Below are positions 36,701 to 50,032 of a stretch of 64,000 nucleotides of DNA, in pieces. Origin of the DNA: Octopus sinensis (lineage: Eukaryota); the NCBI RefSeq assembly GCF_006345805.1, contig NC_043011.1, positions 40,870,464-40,934,463 on the forward strand, in the 5' to 3' direction. The stretch's first letter is position 1, and each line of letters begins with the position of its first letter. The position numbers were made by a program, and so were the translations under genes. Below the pieces are notes generated by a model. It was given only the letters and a program-made list of their open reading frames with translations, was not told the DNA's origin and did not search any database.

Positions 36701-38198
36701 ACTTCGTTTAACAAAACCAAAAATTTTATTGAAATAAAGGCATGCTTAATTATTTTTAATGAAAAGAAAACACTGATTATTTTTTGTTTAGGGAAGAAAA
36801 TACTATCTTCTTGCTAATAAATTATTTACCATGTTTGTGTTCTCCCAGTCAACAGCCTTATTATTTCTGGTACTTTAAACTCTTCGGTTGCATATCTGTG
36901 TGAATAAAATCGTTTTTCTTTGGAATAGAAAAAAGTCTATCTTTATTTCATCTTTTGCTGGTGTCTCAAATTTAGGTTAAATCAGTGTTTCTCAAAGGAG
37001 AGGCCTATGGGACGGTCGGACAAGTTGTTTTGAGAAAATTTGGTTTAAATGTTCGACAACTAAGCACCGTCCATTGAAGGGGGGGTGCGTTTTGCTCGTG
37101 TATATATACATATATATATATACATATACATACATACACGCTCACACACACATATATATATATATATATGCATAAATATGTGTGAGTGTGTGTGTATGAA
37201 AATATAAAAATGTAATGATATATGTGAGTACGTATGTCGTCAAAATACATCACCAGGAAACGGTAAATGTCATCGGCTTAACAAAGAATAAAGCCCAAGA
37301 TATATAAAAAGAAATATAAAGAAAAACACTCATAAATAAAACAAAAAGATAATATAATACAAACCGGTGCTTTTCAACATAAATCCCTTGTGTGTATATT
37401 TGTTCCGCTGTAGTTACACAGACAAGTTCTTGTCAATCTTGTCACTGTACATTTCCGTGCGGTTATGATCCACAAGTTGGAAACAGTAACCAAAGAGGAT
37501 ATTATGCAGAAATTGTGATACGAACAAAAATACATATACAAATAATTGCGAAACGTGATTTTTTACGAGAACGTGTTCTTCCCAACAGGTTTTACTCTCT
37601 TCGATTTTCTCAAGAATCTAAACAGTTATCAACATGACTGTCTTGCTAAATATTTTCTTAGTGATTTTTGAAAGTATGGCATGAGAAGTTTTGGAGAATA
37701 CGAAACGCAGCTTAACACATCGTCACTCATGTATGTATGTGAGAGGAGGAAATCATTGACTTTAATGTGGTGAAGGCAAACTTTGGCCTAAGCCTAGATA
37801 TCAGCTTTCCTCTTCCTCTGCTTGTCCGTCCAAACAGTAATGAATGTATGTGTGTCTGCGTGTTTATGTGTGTGTTCGTGTGTACAATGTGCAAAAGTAT
37901 ATGCGTGTGCATGAGTATATGAGTGTGTGTATGTGTGCTTATGTATCTGCGCATGCAATTTAACATTTCATGAGTATAGACTTAAGAATATATTCATACA
38001 TACACTTGTATACACACACAGACACAAGTGTATGTATGAGTATATTCATAATTCTATATCTATATGTGTGTATCTCTGTGTGTGTGTACATATATAGTTT
38101 CCTATATATGATATGAATACTCACGATTTCAGGAATATATATATATATATATACATATATATATAAAGATAAAATAAGCAACAGGATATCAAGTAGTT

Positions 38199-38347
38199 AT
38201 GCAGTACGACTGTTTCAAGCGGCTCCATTTAACTGAACAATGCATCTTCAGCTGAAGATAGCACTGCACTTAAATTGATGTAATGATTGCATTGTTCAAT
38301 TAAATTGAGCCGCTTGAAACGGTCGTATTGCGGCCGTTTCAAGCGAC
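38199..38347 (+). ncRNA. Second copy of the long-stem-II HHR inside nested inversions
   Basis: CTGAAGA 38252-58, GAAA 38316-19, ACGGTCGT-A; arms 38201-38244 and 38288-38331 are inverted; homologous to 1776-1863. Confidence 0.65.
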
Positions 38348-38567
38348 ACCCTGAATCTTTTGGAAGTTATAGCAGTATTCCAGACAAAAGTGATAAATTA
38401 ATTGATATCATGACGACCTACTAGACAATCTAAGTAGTGAAATCTTACATCCGGCTTTATCTACACCAAAAGATAAGGCTTGGGATGGTTGAAGAAGTGG
38501 GATAGCCTGACGGGGAAGCGGTGATAATCGTGCATACATACATACATACATACATACATACATACAT

Positions 38568-38606
<39 letters not shown>

Positions 38607-39335
38607 TGCACACATACACACACACGCACAAACACACACATATTTATAACAATGCGCAGAATAGATATAATTCGCGACATAATGCCATATTCCAAACATT
38701 TTTGAAAATCTAATGCCAACATGGAGTGTATTCCTATATTATAAAATGTAATTAAATTCTAATTTATTCTAATATAGTCTCTGCGCATATTTAACTTCAT
38801 TCTTCTATTCCTCTACTTGTTTGGATTCATAACAATGCACAGACACACATACATGCACACATTTATAATATAGAAATGCATACATACACACATATATTTA
38901 CATATGTACACACACTATTATATTCTTTAATACAGGTCTCAGTTTTTGGGCTGCAGTTGTTGCTGGGGCTCTGGCTCCAAGTGCTTCAGTCGATGATATC
39001 GACCCTAGCACATATATGAATTGGATACACATTTTATCGATCTATATGTCATCAACTGGCTATATTACATTATTGATACACCACACAAATTCACAGTTAT
39101 ATGCACGTGTATGCGCACACACATATATATACATACACACATATATATACATATACATACATATATATATATATTTAGAAAGAGAGAGAGCGAGAGATGG
39201 ATGGGGAACGAGAGGGAGGGAGAGAGAAGAATGTTTACTTATATATATATATATAATTATTTGAGGGAATATTAATCCTAACTTACGGGGAAAAAGTTCA
39301 ATTTAGAAATACTAAATCAAATTTCACACAATATA

Positions 39336-39370
<35 letters not shown>

Positions 39371-39458
39371 ATAAGAAAATACCCACCTTTTATCGATTCA
39401 TTTTGAATTGATAAAAGGTGGTTTTTTTCTAATTTATATATATATAGATATATATATA

Positions 39459-40355
39459 CGAGGTCTGATCAATAAGTATCCGGACAGTTGCGCCAGAGTA
39501 ACGAAACTATAGTATGAAGAGTAAAGCTTCTTGGCAAAGTTTGACCTTGAACACTGCCGTATAAGTGCACTAAGTTTCAACGTTCTAGCTTACTTCCGCT
39601 GTTTACAGCAGTGCATGGAAGGAAGGTGTGTAGCGTCTGATTATCGCATTGAAAATGACAGAGAAGGTTGAGCAGAGAACCTGCATCAAATTTTACCAAA
39701 AGCTTGGCGATACATGTTGAGAGGCCTATGCAAAGTTTTCAAAAAGTTTTCATTGTACTTGACGCAATCAGCGAAATTTTGTGCAACAGAAACCCGTGTG
39801 TCTTACTGATCAGCTGAAAGCAGTTTTGGCACTAACTTGGCAGACACGCGTCTCATACACAAATCTTCAGTGATAATGGACTGAACTGATCCGTAACCAA
39901 TTTACACTTCCTCTGGTAACTCATAGGTGATGATTCGACTATTTCTCCATCACAGCTGTACGCATATATGCGATGAATTTTTCAGTTCTGCTGGTTGAGG
40001 GTCTTCCAGAACGTTCGTCAATATCAACATTTTTCGGCCATCTTGGAAACAGGTGAACCACCCATACGCTTGTGTGCAGCTCATACACTCCTCTCCATAC
40101 ACTTTCTGCAACTTTTCGTAGACCTCTGAGAAGGTATCCCTATGAAAACTTTCTCTGTCATGGTCAATACGATCATCACACGCTACACACCTCCCTTCGA
40201 AGCACTGCTGTAAACAGCGAAAGTGAGCTAGAACAAAAAAACGTATTGCACATGTAGAAACAAGGTGCAGATCAATCTGTGCGAAGCGGTTTTACTCTAC
40301 GTTCTTTAGCTACGTTAATATGGCAACAATCCGGATACTTGTCGATCAGACCTCG
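39459..40355. mobile_element. Non-autonomous mariner built from two inverted 5' halves
   Basis: TIRs CGAGGTCTGATCAATAAGTATCCGGA / CGAGGTCTGATCGACAAGTATCCGGA; TA TSDs; transposase N-terminus on both strands (MTEKVEQRTCIKF on +; ..DERSGRPSTS..MRRVSAKLVPKLL on -). Confidence 0.88.
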
Positions 40356-40712
40356 TATAATATGCATAAAACACGTGAGTATACACACACACACAGGGAC
40401 AGAAAAACACATTCACATAGGTATGTGTAAAGGTAAGATTCAAGGATCAAAGTGTATGAAGTTTGTAGGCTTCGAGCAGTCCGTAGGTTGTATAAAAAAT
40501 AACTTTCAGAAAGAATATGCCTATACTTTATAGTTATATATAAAAATGAGTTGTGTAACATGGATTCAGAGAATCGTACCACTATCGCTGTAATTTTATA
40601 TAATACAGGCATACATACATACATGCATACTTATATACACACATATACATACACACACATACACACACATACATATAGCTATAGGTATGCACACATATGT
40701 ATATATATGTGT

Positions 40713-40769
<57 letters not shown>

Positions 40770-40772
<3 letters not shown>

Positions 40773-41110
40773 CATGGTGCCAAAGATCCCAACATCACCA
40801 TCAAAATACAGGACCAGAAACAGCTTGGGTTTCAGGGGACCACAGCTCTTCAATATCCTTCCCAAATGCCTCAGAGACCTGCATTTTGTGGATGTGCATT
40901 TCTTTAAAACTAAACTGGATATCTTCTTGTTTGGAGTTCCAGATGAACCTACCTCTCGGCAGGAAACACAGATGCAGGCTGCGACGTCTAACTCTTTTGT
41001 CGACCAAGTGCCACGTATCAGAGGTAGTTTCACATACTAGTGTAGCACATTTAAGGGTGGTGCCCCAGCATAGCCGCAGCTTTCGGGCTGAAACATTTTT
41101 ACTGATTTAA
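40770..41110 (+). mobile_element. CR1/L2-type LINE 3' end
   Basis: [41 protein letters not shown], followed by a 3' UTR with ggtggtgccccagcatagccgcag. Confidence 0.8.
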
Positions 41111-41779
41111 GGATTTAAAGATATACATATATCTAATTGGGTGAGCGTTTGTACGTGTGTATGTGTGTGTATCTACATGTATATGTACGCATGGTGCCGT
41201 ATATGTACGGATTTGAAGTGCTACGCAGTGATTCTGGCTTTAGACAAAAACGTATAAGTAGACCATGTTCGTCCGAGGCACCCTCTATCCAGTTCAAACG
41301 AATCATGCATTTCTGAGTAATTATCTCATCTTCTGCACCTAATACTGGAAAGAGAGTCACCCCGAACTGACTGCAAGAAACTAAATCATTCTTATAATAT
41401 TTCAGTCGAATCACTGTCATAGGTTGTACTCAACGGCAACCCAGTCAGTGAAATTGCTGATTACAAGTGTTGAGCACTCGTGGAAACAAATTATATAAAA
41501 TTCTCACTATAGACAAAAAAGGGTGCCACCTTTCTTGGTGATCTGTTAGCTTTCTATATTTGCATTAATCTGCGAATATATAATTGTACAGAAAAACGCT
41601 GAGCATACATATTAATAAAAGCATCTGTACATAATTTCCTACATGCTGAAATTAATGGTGTATGAACAAGGCTGTGAAACGGCCGTAAGGCTATGGGCAT
41701 CACGTGGTTAAATATATATATATATATATTCAACTTACAAAAACGCTTGGCTTTGTTTATATCTATCTATCTATCTATC

Positions 41780-41843
<64 letters not shown>

Positions 41844-43529
41844 ATACGAGTATAAACACATGCACATATATAAAGCTGTTTGTACGAACATATTTTAAAT
41901 CTACATCTTGATAAATATATACTTAGACAAGCTGTCTCTTTTCTCTTTTCTTTTTCTCACTCACACACTTAAACACGATGACAACGCTATACAAGCATAT
42001 TACAGAAAGTATATACAAATATATGCATGAGTATCTGTGTATCACTTATACATACATATATATATATGTGTGTGTATAGGTATATATATAGGTATATATA
42101 TGTGTATAGGTATATATATGTATGTATGTGTACATGCCTACACACATACACACTACGCCAGTCTGTTTTTTTCCCCAACAAATTGATATATCATTATTTT
42201 ATCGAGTTTCTTTCCATGAATCATCTGACAAATAAAGAAAATATAAAAATATATACACACATAGACAAGCAAATATAAGATAAAGTAAATATGTAAAACC
42301 TAAGTTAAAGAGTAGGCTGAGTAGATGATCGCCTCTTAAAAATTTTATATGTAAAATATCTATATTTAACTATATCACATCAAATTGTGATAACTACATT
42401 AGTTAACAGCTATTTTCTTCGTTTATCATATTAATACTAGTGGAATACTACGTTCTCAGATATACTACTGCGCCGACATTTTGAGAGAAAAAAAATCAAA
42501 TGAAACCGAAACAACTTAATTTTATTACAGATATATTTGATGAATTATTTCTTCCCATCTTATTTTCTCTCTCTCACTATATAATTTACTAGGAATGGGA
42601 GTCATTGAACTGTAAAGTATGAAATTATCCAATCCTTTTTTGTTTTGTTTTTGTTTTTCTCTTTTTCTTCTGTTAAATAAATTATAACCTCGAAGATCAT
42701 ATATTTAACGTTAATTATATCTACAGCTATATCAACGACAAAACGAAAAATGGCAATAGGCATGATATGTGCATTTGTAATCATTGCTGGTGTTGATGCT
42801 TTTGTGATGCTGCAAAATATATAAAATCATAAAACTATCAAATTTAAAATGAAAAAAAACCACAGCCACAACAACAATGTTCATCGTCATCATCATCATC
42901 ATGATATACAGAACAATAACAATAACAACAACAATATACTATCAATTCAATAATACAACCCAAACAAAACTATCCACAAACACGAGACACAATCTATATA
43001 GCAAATATCCAATAAAATTAACAACCACCAGCAGGCTATCCAAACAAGGGAACACAACGAGCATTGCACACAAATAACAGAGTTATCGTAGCGACCGGAA
43101 AACGATGAAATACAAAGTCAAATTCATTCTAGGGCTGTGTTTTCTATATCGAGCTTATCTAACTCTCATCACGTGACTATATATATGTATAGATATTTTA
43201 TATGCATATACATACACGCGCTCGTGCGCAAACACACTTCTACACTCACATACACACAAACATCTATGAGTGTACACACACACACACACACACACAGACA
43301 TTATATAAGTAGTTAGGTTATATCCCAGTTATTTACCAGTTGTATTGTTTTTTCTCTGTCTGAAGAATTTCTAATAGAAAATTCCTTTATGTCTATCGAA
43401 TATGAATTTGTAATTCCTATGAGCAAAGGAAACACTTGTAATGGTGAATAAATAACATCACAAATTTACAATTTCCTGTTATATATATGTATATATGTAT
43501 GTATGTGTGTATATATATATATATATATG

Positions 43530-43877
43530 GGTGCAGGAGTGGCTGTGTGGTTCCAGGTTCAGTCCCATTGCGTGTCTTATACTATAGCCTCGGGCCGACC
43601 AAACCCTTGTGAGTGGATTTGGTAGACGGAAACTGAAAGAATCCTGTCGTATATATGTATATATATGTATATGTTTCTGTGTTTGTGTTTGTCCCCCCAG
43701 AATCTCTTGACAACCAATGCTGGTGTGTTTACGTCCCCGTAACTTAGCGGTTCGTCAAAAGAGACCGATAGAAGAAATACCAGGCTTACAAAGACTAAGT
43801 CCAGGGGCCGATTTGCTCGACTAAAGGCGGAGCTCCAGCATGACCACACTCAAATGACTGAAACAAGTTAAAAAAGA

Positions 43878-43880
<3 letters not shown>
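43530..43880 (+). mobile_element. SINE family B, full length
   Basis: Complete head, body and tail. Confidence 0.85.
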
Positions 43881-43931
<51 letters not shown>

Positions 43932-44986
43932 GTATAGCATATATCTCCAGACGTATTAAGTGATCCTTTTAACAGTTTTTATATATAACTTTTTATAAAG
44001 CACTCATCATTTGTGTGTGAGTATGTGTATGTCTGTGTATCTGTGTGTGCACGCGTATGTTCTTGTATGCACGTGCCGGGATTATAGTTAGGGAAGATCA
44101 TTCTGCAACGGAATCAAAGACATTGACTAATTGTAATTCACTTCAAATTGATTAATAGTTAGCTAATTAGCTAATTCATAATAAAACTAAACGGAAATTG
44201 CAGCCAGAATGTTCCTGTTTGACATCTGCTAGCTGCTGCCCAGTAGAAAACAAGAACATCTCTTTCAACGCAAGATTTCCCATCAAGCATCTAAATAAAG
44301 AAAACTGAATCCAAGTTCACACACACAGATACCCCACTCATACACACGGACATGCACGCAAGCACACACACGTGCGCATACGAACATAAATACATCTATT
44401 CTCTTTTATCTTATGCTTACTTCAGTTATTGTCATTTGACTGCGGCCATGCTGGGGCACGGTCTTGAAGAATTTTAAATTATATATAATGATAGAAATCA
44501 CTTACATGAACTAAAGGTGTGTTTTTGCCAATGTTTACTTCGGTATGCACGCTCTATAACCGTGTTTACAAGGGGATTTTTAGAAAAAAGAATAAAATGT
44601 AGTTCAGAATTACAGAGAAGACAGAATTCATTGCCTTTGTCATAAGGTATCGAGATTGAAAGAATCAACCAATCTAAATTAAACTGTTTATTGTGGTCTT
44701 TTAGTTCCCAAATTAATTTACTAAGCCCTGTACTGTTACGTTTATTCCTATCCCTAAATGTCGAGTAATTATTAGAAATTCTTCTAGATAACGGACTGAA
44801 GGAAAAGAAAGATGGTCACGTGAGGAAAAGGAAGATGGACGATGGTCACGTATGAGCAACAACAGAGAGTAAAAGAGGGAGAGAGAGAAACAGATAGAAA
44901 ACGGTGAAGGGAAAAAAGGATTAGAAAAAGGTTGAGAGAAAAAAACGAAAGGGGGAGAAAGGGAGAAAATGGAAGTAGAGAAAGGA

Positions 44987-45032
<46 letters not shown>

Positions 45033-45137
45033 ACAAAGGGGGAGACAGAAAACAGTATAGGGTACAGTCGCATCAAAATTAAGATAAACTTACTTAGAAA
45101 TGGATGCGTTGTGTTCAATCATATAATAGTATAAATG

Positions 45138-45185
<48 letters not shown>

Positions 45186-46032
45186 AATCCCAAAATTAAG
45201 GAATGGAGTAGATAAAATCCGGGTTACAGATTTTCTATAGCGAGCGGAACCTCGAAAGTAATACTTATCCAAGCCGTTCTATACCGCAGGCTATTCTTCC
45301 GTCCAAGGATATCTTGATTATATGTAGTTTACATTGCCGTTCAGAGTTTGTTTGAAACTCACTTACTTCCTACACTTTGATCCTTGGATCTTAACTTTAT
45401 ATATCTAAATGTGTGTGTGTATCTGTCTGTGAGTTAGTGTGTGTATCTATGCATTTGTTTGTGTTTGTGTGTGTGTGTGTCTGTGCATCTGTGTGTGTGT
45501 CCAAGCCAAATTGCATGACCGTATAATTTTGTTACAAGTTAAATTCTAGACGTTCCTGTAAGAACGCGTATCATATTACGTCTTCCCCTCCCCTCCGCTA
45601 TTTGCCAACGCAAAAAGTTTTCCTATGGGGACTTTATTAAATACAATCTTTCAAGCTGATAAAATGTTTGAGGTGTTGTAAGCTATGTTGACATTGTAAA
45701 ACAAACATATTCTTTTGAATTTTTTCAACTCTGAATGCGATCGATTGACGTTCTGTTGGGTATATGATCACTGGACATAGCGTCGATTTGTTGTATAGGT
45801 TTGTGTATACGTATACATATATATATACATATATACATAGTACTGACATATACAAACACAGACACACACACAAACATACACACACAACCCCACACATATA
45901 TGTTTATATGTGCTTGTGTGTGTACGTGTATGTCTAGAATCCCCCTCTGTCTGTATATATCTATATCTATCTATCTATATATCTATCTATCTATCTATCT
46001 GTCTATCTATCTATCTATCTATCTATCTATTC

Positions 46033-46106
<74 letters not shown>

Positions 46107-46113
46107 GTGTCTG

Positions 46114-46178
<65 letters not shown>

Positions 46179-46189
46179 CTTTATTCTTT

Positions 46190-46585
46190 TAATTCTTTTA
46201 GTTAGTCATTTGACTACGGCCATGCTGTAGCACCGCCTTTAGTCGAGCAACTCGACTCCAGGACTTACTCTTTGTAAGCCTAGTACTTATTCTATCGGGC
46301 TCTTTTACCGAACCGCTAAGTTGCGGGGAACTAAACACAACAGCATCGGTTGTCAAGCGATTCTGGCGGGACAAACACAGACACACAAACTTATACACAC
46401 ACATACATGCATATATATATATATACGACGGGCTTCTTTCAGTTTCCATCTACCAAATCCCCTCGAAAGGCTTTGGTCGGCCCGAGGCTATAGTAGAAGA
46501 CACTTGCCCAAGCTGTCACGCAGTGGGACTGAACCTGGAACCATGTGGTAGGTAAGCAAGTTATCTACCATACAGCCACTCCTGC
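46190..46585 (-). mobile_element. SINE family B, full length
   Basis: Reverse-complement match. Confidence 0.85.
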
Positions 46586-46591
46586 GCCTAC

Positions 46592-46639
<48 letters not shown>

Positions 46640-46662
46640 GTAATAATAATAATAGTAATAAT

Positions 46663-46702
<40 letters not shown>

Positions 46703-46789
46703 GGGTAATGTTAATTAATTAATTGATTAGTAATTAATAATTTTACCAAGGAGTTCGGAACGTTAAAATAACCTCTTTAGGTAAGATTA

Positions 46790-47015
46790 TACAAATATTA
46801 TTTAATTACATGCATAATTATAATCAGGGGACAGCTAATTGCTTCGCCACGCACCGAATTCAGTAATAGTAGTTAAAATACCTTTTCTGCTACTATCTGG
46901 GATATATTCATGGTAACGGAAAATGTATTTTAACTACTATTTCTAAATTTGGTGCGTGGCGAAGCAATTAGGTGACCCCTGTTTATAATTATGCTTATAA
47001 TTATAGAATATTTGC
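46790..47015. repeat. Foldback element, ~85-bp arms and ~45-bp spacer
   Basis: ctaattgcttcgccacgcacc / ggtgcgtggcgaagcaattag and flanking sequence. Confidence 0.8.
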
Positions 47016-47140
47016 ATATATGTATATAATATGCATATAAATGAGGGAAAAACCACTATTATGCTATTCAAACAATGATAGGCAAAACCAAATCTTAAAT
47101 ACAAAATATAATATATTTAGAACATAAAAACATAATATAT

Positions 47141-47174
<34 letters not shown>

Positions 47175-47193
47175 ATATATTATATATATATAT

Positions 47194-47231
<38 letters not shown>

Positions 47232-48249
47232 TTTATATATATAACATACTAAACACATACATATGCTTGCGCGCGTGTATGTGTTGTGTGTATGTATGTG
47301 CTGAATGACACACGATACGATTTTGCGCCTCCATCTCCAACAAAATATATTTCCGAAATTTTGAAAGTAGCCCTACACAAAGTTTTTATTTTCTCACGCT
47401 TTCTCAAGTATTGCTTTTAAGGATTTCTTCGTAGAAATACGAGGATTTAGATTGTGAAATGACCTCTCACCCACCCGCACAGAACATGAAAAAACTGTGT
47501 TTTCATTTTTCATATTGTCTCAAGCTATCGGAAAAATATTTTTTTTTCTATAGAATTAAACGGTTGAAACAGCTTTACGCTTAACGTCTACCACGGTCTT
47601 GAAATCGTTTGAGAAACCACGTAGAGGTTGTTATCGAATTTCATGGAAGGTTGTTATCGAATTTCTTGCACAAAATGTTTAGCGGCATTTCTTTCGGCTC
47701 ATAGCGTCCTGAGTTCAAATTCCACCGAGGTCGACTCCGCCACTCTTCTTTCCGGGCCGACGATAAATAACCAGTTGAACAATGGGGTTGATGAAAACCC
47801 TCCAGTAAAATTTCGTGTTAATCATTGTCCTAAATTACCTTAATTATATGGTGGTTATTTTGCTAAATTCTTCATTATTTGCAAAATTATTTGAGGAAAC
47901 GTAGAATATTTCAACAGAATATGCTCGCATTGTAACAAAAAATTTCGAGAATTAAAAATTTCTACAAAAATTTCTATTAATGTTTCAAACACCAGCTTAA
48001 TAATGACAGGATTATTTTATTAAATTCCTCATTAGTTTGAAAATTAATTGAAACAAACGTAACAAATTTGAACAGAAGCTGTGATAACAAAAGTGTTAAT
48101 CTAATCCAGAGGTGGATCCAACGTTACAACGTGACAAGGTTCAACACCTATATTAGAAACCTTGACGGTTTCTACAGAGTTTCCTTCAAACCAATTTCTC
48201 ATAAGATGACCAGAGCCAAAATTAATAGATACTTGACCATGATATAAGC

Positions 48250-48780
48250 GCTGGCGTGGGTGTGTGGTAAGAAGTTTCCTTCTCAACTACATGGTTCTGG
48301 GTTCAATCCCACTGCGTGGCATTCTGGGTGAATGTATTTTACTATAGCCATGGGCCGACCAAAGCCTTATGAGTGTATTAAGCAAACGGAAACTGAAAGA
48401 AGCCCGTCGAATATACATACATACATACATACATACATACTTATATAATATATATATATATATATAAATGAATGTTTTTATATATAGAACGTGAAATACA
48501 GAAGGGACGAACACGGAACACAGACAAATCATTCGAAGCCTTCAATCTTCAGTCAGACACCGAATCATCATAGCAAATTTCGGCTGTTCAATTCTGATAT
48601 TTGCTCCAACTCGGCCAGCCCCAAGAAAAAAACTAAGCTGTAAGCATTAGATTTCTTGGTAGAAGACAGGAATGTGAACGCACAAGACGGATGTGAATAC
48701 AAGAGAAGAAAACGAAAATGAAAACAGTAATGATATATATATATTATATATATATGTATATATATATATATATAGGTATG

Positions 48781-48816
<36 letters not shown>

Positions 48817-49260
48817 ATATATAGAGGAGCTTCTACAGGACTAGAACTGTTTCATTCAAGAGAAATCTTCAGGAAGCTTCCTGAAGATTTCTCTTGATGA
48901 AACAGTTCTAGTCTGTAGAAGCTCCTCTTATATAAATTAATTTACTCGCTATGTATTGAGTACCTTATACTGTGGTTAACCCCGATCAACCCGGGACCTA
49001 CATATTATATATATATATACATATGCATAAATGTATATATTTATGTATGTCTCAGTCCCCCCCGCCTCCGTCGCTTGACAACCGATGTTTGCGTGTTTAC
49101 GTTCCTGTGACTTAGCGGTTCGGCAAAAGCCACTGACAGTGAGTACTAGGCTTACAAAAAATAAGTCTCGGGGTCGATCTGTTTGACTAAAATTCCTTTA
49201 AGGCAGTGCTCCAGCACGGCCTCAGTCAAGTGACTGAAACAACTGAAGGAATAAAAGAAT
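48250..49260 (+). mobile_element. SINE family B with several inserts in its internal microsatellite
   Basis: 5' half 48250-48410; 3' half 49050-49260. Confidence 0.75.
48823..48928. ncRNA. Zero-spacer palindrome encoding two divergent type I hammerhead ribozymes
   Basis: Axis at 48876/48877. Each arm reads AGCTTC|CTGAAGA|TTTC-TCTT-GA(A)T|GAAA|CAG-loop-CTGT|A^GAAGCT. Confidence 0.8.
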
Positions 49261-49590
49261 GGTGCTGCTCACTCGGATCGAAACCTTGGCCTTGAGATAA
49301 GCGAACTTCGTAACCAATAGGCCATACTCCATGTCCTACACAAGTAAGCCAGTACTCCGTTGGTTTCGATGACGAATGTTCCAGTTGATCCAATGAACTG
49401 GAACATCCTCCTCGTGAAATTAACGTGCAAGTGACTGAGCACTCCACAGACACGTGTACCCTTCAGCTGACTGAACTGGTGTAATGTGATATAAAATGTC
49501 TTGCCCATGGACAGAGTGCGCCGCTGGGCGGCATCGAACACACGACTTTACAATCGTGGACCGAATGCCTCAACCACTAAGCTACTTACC
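49260..49590 (-). mobile_element. SINE family C-related, rearranged
   Basis: Matches the family C body and tRNA head in reverse. Confidence 0.65.
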
Positions 49591-49604
49591 TTCCCTGTCC
49601 GACA

Positions 49605-49685
49605 CAAATAATAATAATAATAATAATAATGATATTATTATTATCATCATCATCATCATCATCATCATCATTATTATTATTATTA

Positions 49686-49722
<37 letters not shown>

Positions 49723-49732
49723 ATTATTATTA

Positions 49733-49815
<83 letters not shown>
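49605..49815. repeat. (AAT)n/(ATC)n/(ATT)n microsatellite
   Basis: Direct reading. Confidence 0.95.
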
Positions 49816-49816
<1 letters not shown>

Positions 49817-50032
49817 GGCAGCAAGCTGGCGGAATCGTTAGCACGCTGAGCGATCTGTTTTCGTCAATTGCTACGTAGTGAGTTCAAATTCCGGCGAGGT
49901 CGACTTCGCCTTTCATCCTTTCGGGGTTGATTAAATACGCCCTGGGTTCAATGTAAACGACTTAATCCCTTCCCCCAAATTCGAATCGCTGTGCGTCCAG
50001 AAGAAAGAATTATTATTATTGTTGTTGTTGTT

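Noticed and set aside
41260-41420. Faint LINE RT-like phrase (LSHLLHLIL..DCKK)
   Set aside because: Too degenerate to assign.
43355-43390. HHR core-like strings here and at 5950-5980, 24380-24460, 45230-45270, 48525-48555 and 55515-55545
   Set aside because: Each lacks either an intact core half or a pairing stem I; at best fossils.
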